From Catajapyx aquilonaris (Eukaryota), in the NCBI GenBank assembly GCA_000934665.2, contig JYFJ02001230.1:62001-86997 (forward strand): DNA of 24,997 nt, written 5' to 3'. The notes under the pieces were generated by a model. It was not told the origin of the DNA and ran no database searches. It worked only from the letters and a program-made list of their open reading frames with translations. Shown piece after piece: positions 9,801-19,620 of the stretch. Position 1 is the first letter of the stretch. Each line of letters opens with the position of its first letter. Both the position numbers and the translations under genes were made by a program.

Positions 9801-11072
9801 GGTCTCGTGTCTTGGCCAAATACACTGATGGACTCTGGTATCCAGCTGTGGTTGATTCTCAGGACAAAGCTGGAAAATATGTAGTTCGATATCAGTCTTA
9901 TGGAAACACACGTGCTCTGGACTTGTCTGACATTCTACCTTCAAGTTAGTCTGAATTCTTCATTTTGTAAAACTTTTCACGCTGAAGTCATTGTGACTTT
10001 TAACAGCTGAAGAAGACAACAGTGAAGATGAGGATGATGAAGACAGTGACACACCCCTAGATGAAGCAGAAGAACAGGAAGATGAGGCTCTAAAGGAAGT
10101 GTGGCTGCTTAGAGCTCCTACAAAGGCTCTTGGACAATGGGAAAAGCATACTAGGGTAAATTTTAAAATTTAATTCATGGCATGAATATCATAAGGAAAA
10201 ATTATCATCATTAGTGATGTCTATAACTTTACAGGGTATTGGCTCCAAATTAATGGAGAAAATGGGTTATGTCTTAGGCACTGGACTTGGGAGAAATGGG
10301 GAGGGTCGGATTGAACCCGTTGAAGCTGTTGTCATGCCAGCTGGAAAATCACTGGGTGAGTTCTTTTTCCCAAAAGCAGAAAATTCTGTTTCAAGAATTT
10401 TAAGGTAGGCTATTTTAGTTGAACAGCATATTCTCAATATTTCTTATGATTCTTATAATAATGCCAAGATGATGTTGTCATACATCAATGTTGGCATCTC
10501 ATAAAAGTGGTACTATACATCAATATTGACTGGTCAATAGTAATAATATTTTTAACAAGGCAGCCCTTTTGTTGCTAGACCACTGCATGGCTCTGAAAGA
10601 GAAGGCTGGTGGGGAGGACATCTTTAAAGTGGAAAAGCGAATGAAGAGAAAGCAACGGAAGCTGGAATTACAGCAGAAAAGACGATATGAGCGCGTGAAG
10701 AAAAGACACACACTGTTTGATTTTATTAACAGTCGCCTGGGAGACAAGAAGGGTGCCAGCAGTTCAGGTGATGCTCCTTTAGTGATGAGGAAAAGCAGAG
10801 CTCTTCCAAAGACCAACTTGAAGGAGGCAACAACAAAGAAACTGAATCTGCAACACTTCCAAGTTGAGGAGAACATAAAACAGGCAGAGAAGGAGCTCTT
10901 TAAACTCAAAGCCTCCCTAACCAGACATTCCAGAAGTGAACTTACTGCCACACAGATTAGGTCCAAGATTTCAGACAAGCAAAAAGAGATTGCATTACTT
11001 CAGGAATCTGAGAAAAGGATTCGAGCAGAACAGAGTTCTAGGAAAAATCAGCAGAAGCTAACTATTTTTTAA
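6888..11072 (+). CDS. ZGPAT: Zinc finger CCCH-type with G-patch domain protein, ~518 aa
   Basis: Exons 6888-6938, 7109-7315, 7526-7609, 7677-7811, 7868-8010, 9772-9944, 10007-10155, 10235-10355, 10579-11072 (1557 nt, in frame). CCCH finger CPYFMDGHCRYEENECHYSH, Tudor-like LAKYTDGLWYPAVV, acidic tract, WEKHTRGIGSKLMEKMGY...GLGRNGEGRIEPV G-patch, LFDFIN, C-terminal KLTIF. Intron 1 is GC-AG. Confidence 0.95.
8031..8731. mobile_element. Harbinger-like non-autonomous element (outer), left terminus decayed
   Basis: Inverted repeats TGGGCGATTTGATCGGAAATGTCATCGCC (8036-8064) / GGCGATGACATTGCCAATCAAATCTCCCA (8688-8716). Right end CATGTAAACACAGCT followed by TTA resembles the end of the 4926-5077 MITE. 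Internal GGCGATGACAT repeats. Confidence 0.7.
8298..8638. mobile_element. Fold-back MITE with ~150-bp near-identical arms, nested in the previous element
   Basis: CAGTGCTGGACA...TGTCCAGCACTG termini. The arms are reverse complements around a ~37-bp spacer, which is why the ORF track shows nearly the same peptide on both strands. Flanks TA / CA. Confidence 0.9.
8837..9142. mobile_element. MITE, 306 bp, ~70-bp TIRs, TA/TATA target
   Basis: CTAGAGACAAGATAACTCATGCGTTTTGGG... / ...CCCAAAACTCATGAGTTATCTTGTCCCTAG, flanked by TATA on both sides. Confidence 0.85.
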
Positions 11073-11404
11073 TGTGAGTACCATGATAGGCAAGCCATTA
11101 GGATTAAAAGCTGACACTTGTTGGCATCAGATATTTTCACTCTTATAAAATTGTCATACTGTGTGATAATTCAGGTATCACAGTTAAAAGTCCATATCTC
11201 AGGCTGATCTACGAGGTAGTGGCACTTTGAGACCCAGTGTAATATTTCCATACATGTGTGTTATGAAAGAAGGACATATAAATGCTTAATTTAAATGCAC
11301 GCTGAACACGTCAGTTGACTCCTGATATAACAACCTTGACTATTTCAGATTCTCGGTTATGGCAGACTTTGAAAGTCTGGTCCTGCCATACTTCTTTATA
11401 AATG

Positions 11405-11773
11405 CAGTGCCGGATTTATACACCCGGCCGTCCTTATGCAGTTGAGAGATCTGCCGCCACCCCCACACCCCGCCATTCCACCTAACAATTCAATTTTTTT
11501 CGTGAGTTCTCTCCTTCATTTCATTTTATTTCATTTAAAAATTCATAATAAAACTTATGGCTGTCCCGGGAGGGCGGCCACCCTTAGGCTTTTCTGCGTA
11601 GTGGCAAATCCGGTGCTGGGAATCCCCAGTGAAAATTGTAAATTTTTTAATGATTTCGCCCTTATTTGCTATTAGTGTAGCCTATTTCAAAATATTATTA
11701 GAAAAACCTTTGCCCCTTGAAATCTGGCACCCTAGGCAACTGCCTGGGTTGCCTTGCTGTAAATCTGGATCTG
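11405..11773. mobile_element. hAT-like non-autonomous element with two right-end-like sequences
   Basis: Left end CAGTGCCGGATTTA; right-end-like AAATCCGGTGCTG (to 11618) and TAAATCTGGATCTG (to 11773), each preceded by CACCCT(T)AGGC. TSD degraded. Confidence 0.65.
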
Positions 11774-11856
11774 CATATACTATGACCTGTGTATTTGGCT
11801 ATAACAAACCTCAGTTATAGCAGACTGATTTCTGGGGTCCCTTGAAGTCTGTTAGA

Positions 11857-12316
11857 CAGGGTGAAGGGAAACTCACGGACAATCGCCACGTAGACTGATA
11901 GTACTCTCAAAAATAATATAGGGATGTACAATTAGTTTTTGGCTGGTTTTTGGCTCCATTGCGTAGTTAATGCGTAAGGCGCCCTTAAAGTGTAGACAGA
12001 GGGCCAGATGGTAAAACATGAGGTAAAAATGATAAAGTGCACAGGTGTCATACCCAGCTTCTTACTCTGACAGGATTTGATCACCTATTGCACATGGACG
12101 CTGAGTTAGGGGACCAAGGCCTGATTATTTGGAGGTCCTCGAGCTGAGTTTTGCTTTTTGAAACAGGTGGAGCGGATGTGACGTCACGAAACTTTGAAGG
12201 CACCGTATGCATTAACTACGCTATAGGGGCCAAAATGAATAGGACATCCCTATATAGTAGTGTTGCAAGTACTATGAGTCTACCTGGCGATTATCTGCAA
12301 GTTTCCCTTCACCCTG
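11857..12316. mobile_element. Tc1/mariner-type MITE, 460 bp, ~130-bp imperfect TIRs
   Basis: CAGGGTGAAGGGAAACT...AATCGCCACGTAGACTGATAGTACT / AGTACTATGAGTCTACCTGGCGATT...AGTTTCCCTTCACCCTG followed by TA. Confidence 0.85.
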
Positions 12317-12987
12317 TATATGGAGTCTATAATATTACAAACCAAATACTTTTCCGAAAGTGGCCATTGAAAGTGTACTGAATTGCCTCACTTCACCTTT
12401 TTTTCTGTCTTGGCTGACAGCATTTGCATCTCCTATTGCCAAGATGTATCCAAAAATTACTGATTTTTTTGTGGAAAATAGTTTCATGCTAAGTGTGAAA
12501 TTGATTTGACAGTTTCATGAAGTTCTGAGCACTAACTTTCAAAGCCTTATCTGACAAGTGAGAATTTTCTAAGGAAAGAGTCAGTATGAATATAAAATTG
12601 CAGGTATTTGCAAGTGTGTGCTTTCAAAATAATGGCTTGCCAAAGTCGCATGTGTATGTGAACATGAACGGTATTAATGTTGCATTGTACATATTTATAT
12701 CACTGATTAAATTATGAAGCCCTAGTTGTACCTACTTATTTATGAAGCACTAAAGCAGTACGTGGTATTGAATGAAAAGTTCTTTTGTGCAGTGAAACTT
12801 CGCATGTGATATTGTGCTGGCTGAAAAAGTTTGATGAAATTTTTTAATGCCACGTAGGGTACAGCACAAAAACCATGCAGCTCTAAAACAACACCTCACA
12901 TATCAGTGTTCAGCTAAGTAACTATGAATCGGGGAGGTATGATTTTTATGTCAATAGATTCTTAGAGTACTCAGGATCTAGCTACGA

Positions 12988-13720
12988 TTGTGGTTCCCAA
13001 CTTTTCTCTAGTCGCGATGCCCTTTTATAATAGCCAAGTAACCTGCGACCCCCCCCCCCCCTTCCACATTTGTATACCATAAAAAGGCATTATTATATGG
13101 TAAAGGAAATAAATTTTCATTTAACGTAATAGGCCTATTTAATGAACCCAACATTTAATGAGATGGTTGCACTTGCATCAGCCAAACAACTGCATAATTC
13201 TTGGCTGAGTGTTTCTAATAATAATTTTATAAAAAACTCTGGGGCATGTTCATTACGTGAAATTCCTGTGAATTATTTGAGGTTGTGACACTTTCTTATG
13301 CAGGTCCATTACCAGAACAGTGTTTTCATATAACAAATTTACTCACAGAGCAATATATTTTCTCCTACAATAAATTTTTTCTAACCCCTGCCAGGTTGAC
13401 ATTATCATGGAATATTGCTCTGATATATTTTTAACAGGTAGACATTTTTTGGCTCTAAGTTTTGTTAGTGGTAATGAAAAATATCTGCCGCTAATAATAT
13501 TAGGTTATGTGGATGCATCTTTTAAACTCCTGAAAAATATGGGATCCATCATTGATGTTCGATGTCAATTGTTCTAATGGGTCATACCCAATATTGGAAA
13601 TTCACACATTGTAATTCACAGGTAGAAAGATTCAATTCTGTCTAACGCTTGCTGTATTGGCACAATGACAACTCATTCTATGCAAATTGGCTTAGGCATA
13701 AGCAAAGCTTACAACAATCG
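12988..13720 (-). pseudogene. Decayed, internally deleted hAT Charlie/Buster transposon with transposase relic
   Basis: Terminus-like TGTGGTTCCCAACTT...GTCGCGA...GCGACCCCC at 12988. The minus strand reads NTQPRIMQLFG/frameshift/MQVQPSH* (stop 13155-13157), the typical Buster C-terminus. Weaker traces (AADIF, ANTAS..RRIESF) lie further right; right boundary uncertain. Confidence 0.55.
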
Positions 13721-14365
13721 CCAGCTATTTCAGTCGGGATACCCTGCACACCACACCAAGCTGGTCAGTTCTTCAGGATTCGATGGCCGTTTGACCGGCT
13801 GTGAACTTGAAGAGACCAACAATTATTATTATTGTCACAGATGACTCACCTGAAGTAAACCTGCAAGAGCAGGCCACTGTGGCTCAAGCGACCATTCAGA
13901 GCTCCAAAGTTGCCTAAAAAAATTAATATATTTTTCCGCATAATTGCATAATCTTTCGAGTTTAATAAACACTGGTCTGTGTTTTAGCAATCAAATTTTT
14001 TTTAGCAATCAAATGGTGCGCGCGATGCGAGTGATTGTGCCGCTAGAGGGCAGGGGAGTCGGCGCTTGGTTGGTGCGTTTGGCAGGGGAAGGGACAAGGG
14101 AACAATACGCGGCACACGGTTCCTCTCGTGTCCCCCATCCGTGGTCCAGTCGGGACGGTGTCCGGTGTGTCCGCTGGGACGATCCGGGTGCGTGCATAGC
14201 TGCAGGGGAGGAGGGAAAAAGCTCGGCCCCTTCCCAACCTCTCCCGCCAGCTGCCTGCCGTCATCCTCTGGCTGGTGCCTGCCAGCCTAGCATCCAGGTT
14301 GCACCACCAGAAGAAAGGAACGGGGCAGTGTCGGTAGAGGAGGAGGACCCAGCACCGGCAGCACC

Positions 14366-17300
14366 ATGGCAGATCCACTGAGCCTTCTCCGGCAGTACAA
14401 CGTGAACAAGAAGGAGATCATCGAGAGGGACTTCCAGATCATCTTCGGGGAGTTCTCCTGGCCAAAGAATGTCAAGACCAACTACCTCATGTGGGGGTGA
14501 GTATCTCTCAACACACGCAACCCACGGGAGTGGGTTTGCACCAGGTCTTAACCAGGGTGATGATGCTCACCAGTTTGCCTCAGGTCAGATAGTTTTTGGT
14601 ATGCAAAGGAGTCGAGGGAAGGACAGGTGCTCAACACATGCGCCAGGTGCGCAGTACAGTGCACCAAAGGGAAATGCACTCTGGCTCAGGCAGCAGCAAT
14701 TAGTTGTTCTGCAGCAGTGCCTCTCAAGCTCATGTTAACTGGTAGCACTTACGACCATTTAGTATGCCATTAGTATGGCAAGAACATTGGGTGGGCAAAT
14801 TTGATGTAGGAATTTTTCTCATAGCCACGAATTTCACATTCAGTTCTTGCAAGTTTTCAAAGAAGAGGAACAGTCCATGAGATAATTTTTCATGCTCAGT
14901 AACTTGCACTCTTCAAAATAATGCAGGTAGTGGGAAACACTTTCATGTGCCTTGTGTAATGTAAGGAAAATAGTGTCCTGCAAGTGCATGAAAGGATGGC
15001 AGTGTTCTTGCTGTTTGCCTGAGCCAAACATAATAGTGGTCTGATGACTGGGCAAGCGATGGTTGATATTTCACTCGTTTGAAAAATGGTGCTGCTGAAC
15101 TCATTTATCTGAGCGCTACTTTATAAATCGTCTTGAGATTTATATACTGCGAGCTGATTATTATTAGCACTTGCAATATACTGATTGGTTCCTACGTATG
15201 ATATATGCCAAATGGTACAAATGTTAGTTCATGTCAGTGGATACATCACTGTTAAGACCTGTTGATGCCCTGATTTGTAAGGCCTAGAGGGAGTGCTCTC
15301 TTCATTACTAATGTTGATCTGAGCTAACATTATTTATATGTGGTATGCTATGTATGCCTAAGAGATTTCCTATGTTTCCCTACCCTTGATTTGAACCGAT
15401 GCACTTTTCATGCAGGTCTGGGAAGGAGGGAGCCCCCAAGGAGTACTACACACTGGAATGCCTACTCTTTCTTCTCAAGAATGTCCACCTCTCCCATCCT
15501 GTGTATGTGCGACAGGCCGCTGTGAGTATACGTATTGCTGATTGATATGTTCTGTAATGACCAGTAGTGGTTAATATTCTTATTTGTGTCTAACATAATG
15601 TTGTTCATTTACATGCCATATGTGCAAGTCTAGTTGACAATTTCCTTATTCATAATTCTGAAAAAAGTGTTTTCATGAAAGTCATCTGTACCATAAATAG
15701 AGTGATCTATAGTATGGCCCTTTTTTAAATGTGAATAGTATTGAAAAGCTGCAGGTAAGTGGCATTGTGTGCCAAATAACATTGGTTTTAAATATGATTT
15801 TCATGTTGATCTCAAGGCTTTTGTAAGTAGCATCTGTAAGAAAAAAGTATGCAAATGCAAATTTTATACATTCTTCCAGGCTGAAAACATTCCAGTGGTG
15901 CGTCGTCCAGACAGGAAGGACTTGCTGGCCTACTTGAATGGGGAGACAGCCACATCATCCAGCATAGACAAGTCAGCTCCACTGGAGATCCCAACCCAAG
16001 TGAAGCGCCCTCCTGAGGACTCCCATGACATCACTGCAAAGAAACCTCGTGTGGAGGAGACTCAGATGCAGAGGGCCAAGGAGCAGTTTGCTGCTCGCCT
16101 GGATGCCCCCAAGGAGACCTCAGTGACAATGGACAACATCAAGTCTCTCTCAGAGGCCATGTCTGTTGAGACAATTGCTGCCATCAAGGCCAAGCGCTTA
16201 GCCAAAAAGAGGACCACTATCAAAGAGAACGATGATGTCCATCTTGGGGCAGAAGTCAGGACCATGCTTGACTTAGATGTGGATGTCACCAAGGACATCC
16301 TCGCTAGGGAGAGGCAGTGGAGGACAAGAACTACCATCCTTCAAAGCTCGGGCAAGGTATGCTCTGAGACTTTTATGAAGTCACCAAAGTGGATCAATGT
16401 GTAATGTAATTGGCCTTTCTGTAGTAATTCTGACCACTGACTTCATTTTGTGTTACATTATGCATTTTTAAATCGATGTTTATTAATTTCCTCATCCTGT
16501 TTCACCAGATGTTTTCGAAGAACATATTTGCAATCCTGCAGAGCATAAAGGCTCGAGAAGAGGGTCGTAACCGTACAGTCCAGCCAACTCCATCACAAGT
16601 GACACCTCACGTGACCCCAATGCGACCTATACCACAGCAGGCAGTGTACAACCGATATGATCAGGAGCGTTTTAAGGGGAAGGAGGAGACAGAAGGCTTC
16701 AAGATCGATACTATGGGTACCTACCATGGAATGACCCTCAAATCTGTGACTGAGGGTTCACAGCCAAAGAAGCCCATGCCACAGACACCTTCATCAATCC
16801 CACAGACTCCATCTGCCACACCAAACTCAGCTGTGAGTCCAAGATCCTTTTTTATTATAGCAGTGTAATAATAATGCCAGAAACATAAGCCAACTCCATT
16901 CACAAAACATGGGTAATGTTGTTTAATCGTGACATTTGCCTTTATTCACACGCAGCAGAACCGAGGTGCACCCCAGAACAAGCGCGTCTCCCGAACCCCA
17001 ATCATCATCATTCCAGCAGCTACAACTTCCATGATCACAATGTACAATGCAAAAGACATTCTGCAGGACCTGAGGTTTGTTTCCACTGAGGAGAAGAAGG
17101 CTCATGGAGCCAAGAGGGAGAATGAGCTGCTGCTTCAGAGGCGGAAAGAGGTTGGGCTCACCGTGCCATACAGAGTCATTGACAACCCACAGAAGTTGAC
17201 CAATGCTGAATGGGAGAGAGTTGTGGCCGTCTTTGTCATGGGGCCTGCATGGCAGTTCAAAGGATGGCCGTGGGATGGTAACCCTGTGGAAATATTCTCA

Positions 17301-18363
17301 AAAAGTGAGTTAACTTTCTCTTGTAATGCAATCTCTGCCTAGTCAAACCTTGGTCACATGCCTTACAAGTTATTTGCATATGCTTTCAAATGGAAGATTA
17401 CAGTGAATTTTTTATTTCCCTCTTTTTATATGGCAGATGCTGATCACAGGGCTTTTGTTGTGTTTGTTTGCATACGAAACTTCTTGTCAGAATATGGCAA
17501 TGAACCATTTGTAATGCAATTTTTCTGGTCTAATATCTAATAATTTTTTATGCATGTACGCACAATGGCCTATTGGTACATTTTTGTGTTATTACTGTAG
17601 TATTCATTGCCAGGCTTACCTGGCTCCAAAGTGTAAGGTTTGTCCCAAATTTTCCAACCAGCCCGCGCAAGATAATTTCGAGGCAAAAGGCCAAGCAACA
17701 GTTTCACCACAAGCGAGTTTGAGTTAGATGTTTGGATTAGCTCTAGTATAATCACCTGTAAATTGTGTAATAGTGACATATGTTTTCTAGTATGTGCATT
17801 CCACTTGAAGTGGGATGAGATGAAATTGGACAACAATGTGGCACGCTGGGCAGTACACGTCATGAAGCTTTCTCGCACCAAGCGGCATTTGGATCGAGCT
17901 GCTCTCATGGTCTTTTGGGAGCAACTTGACAAGTAAGATAAAGCAATATCATACAGTTAACTCTGGACATAAGAGCCTTGGCTATGAGGAACTTCGGTTA
18001 TAGCCAACTTGAAAGGCTCGTCCTGCCGTACTTCCATACAGTATATGGCCTGTGCATTTGGGCATAGGAAACTTCGGTTGTAGAATACTGATTTCCATGG
18101 TCCCTTGAAGTCTCTTATATCTAGAGTCGACTGTACTTGAATTTGGCTGGCAGCAGGATACGAGACAAGTAAAGAACACCCTGTATCAGAGTGTGGACCA
18201 AATTGGCTGCTGTAGTTTATGGTTGTAGCCTTCATTCCCATGTTATTTTTGCGAACCAGGAATAAGGTTGTAATCATTATGAATGTTGCTAATATGTTTT
18301 GACTGACATGTGTCCTATCTTTTCAGGTACATGATGAAGCACAAGCCTCACCTGCGTTTCTAA
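14366..18363 (+). CDS. CDC73: Parafibromin / hyrax, PAF1 complex subunit, ~521 aa
   Basis: Exons 14366-14496, 15416-15521, 15880-16356, 16509-16832, 16956-17304, 17791-17932, 18327-18363 (1566 nt). [12 protein letters not shown]...[75 protein letters not shown]; ends KHKPHLRF*. Confidence 0.98.
17954..18133. mobile_element. Intact pogo/Tigger-like MITE, 180 bp, in last CDC73 intron
   Basis: TIRs CAGTTAACTCTGGACATAAGA / TCTTATATCTAGAGTCGACTG, TA on both sides, internal AACTTCGGTT repeats. Confidence 0.85.
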
Positions 18364-19002
18364 AGCATATTGTCATTGCACTTGTTTTACTGTCACTTCG
18401 ACTGGAGACGAAGTACCTGTGTCTTAAAATATTTAGTGATTGAAGAGCTCAGGAGGCCTCATTTTTGCATCTGTGGAGCCTGGCTCTGTTTCTTAGGCTT
18501 GACTCTGTTCATGGCTTGTGTCTATTTTTGCTGCAAGTATGGTAGGGACTAACTATATTTGTATGATTGCCTCGCGAGCAGCAGAGTGAATTTGGTGTGA
18601 AGTGGATATCAACAGTCATTAATCCCATTGCATTTCTCATTAAAGTGACTTCATTATACATTTGTGTCATGAATAATGTCAGTAAAATGCCACTTACAAT
18701 GGGTAATAACCACTCATGCTGACTGGCCTGGTAAACAGTGTTCTTGCAAGTTTCTATAAATGAACTGAAAATAAGTGGTCATTTAAGTGTTCATTAGACT
18801 TGTACCAACCTGTATGCCCACACCTGTTTTGCACACTGCAATGTGAAGCACTGATAGGAATTGATGGATTATCAGTTTGTGCGCATATTTTGTCTGGAAA
18901 TCCGAGATTTTTCCTGCTGGTTTGTAAATACTGAAATGGTTTGCACAGAATTTTTTCTGTGCATTTTGTACATGCTGTGGGATTGTTAGGAGCTAGAATA
19001 GA

Positions 19003-19008
19003 AATAAA
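19003..19008 (+). terminator. Candidate CDC73 polyadenylation signal
   Basis: AATAAA followed by T-rich sequence, 640 nt after the stop; an ATTAAA at ~18639 is an alternative. Confidence 0.5.
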
Positions 19009-19620
19009 ATATCATTTATCTTGCATCTGTCTGTTAGAAGTGCTTTCCAGATTTGAGAAGCAACACCCAGTTCTGTCGTCACTGTAATTTATGAACGTAC
19101 AAAGTATGGAAGTCATGTCATGCAAATTGCAGAGAGCTTATTGATGACCTGAATGTGTTTGGTAGTTCTGCTAGTTTTATCTCTAAAGAATTGAAAACTA
19201 AAGGTCAATAATCGCAGTTTATTTTATGGCCTGTTCAATGCAGAAGGCGCCAAGAGTGAAAGGCTGGGGAGCATGTGGTTTGAACTGCCGCCGCCTGATG
19301 TCGCTGCGGATAGTGCAGCCAGCGCCGACTAACGGTCAGTATTGAAACCTGAAGTAGGGTCCCAGGGAGGTCAAGTGACCGCGTGGATACCATATTGCCT
19401 GACGAGGTATTTATACAAGATGACCACATTTTCTGGAGCAGTACTGTACCTAATTATTTAATACTTACATCAGGAGTGCATGCACAGATTTTTCTATTGT
19501 TATGTGGTACACTGCAGTTTCAACAAGTTGCTCAAGTCAATAAGGCCCAAGTATATTGGTCAGTCTTTTGAAAGGTCATGTTTTATGATTGCTTGAAAAT
19601 AAATTGCAGGATTGTAAGGG

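Larger units (their letters stand above)
11312..12330. mobile_element. pogo/Tigger-like MITE copy split by two nested insertions
   Basis: Pieces 11312-11404, 11774-11856 and ~12317-12330 align colinearly with the intact copy at 17954-18133 (CGGTTAT, GTCCTGCC.TACTTC, ACTGATTTC...GGTCCCTTGAAGTCT). Confidence 0.75.

Noticed and set aside
10461..10497. Small hairpin ATGCCAAGATGATGT...ACATCAATGTTGGCAT in a ZGPAT intron
   Set aside because: Too short for a pre-miRNA and no TSD.
10520..10978. 152-aa minus-strand ORF
   Set aside because: Antisense to the last ZGPAT exon.
13944..14381. 145-aa ORF and antisense ORFs upstream of CDC73
   Set aside because: GC-rich promoter/5' UTR; out of frame with CDC73, TTG start, no recognisable domain.
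15040..15115. Possible intronic C/D snoRNA (CTGATGA...CTGA)
   Set aside because: Imperfect C box, no terminal stem or recognisable rRNA guide; would need snoscan and small-RNA data.
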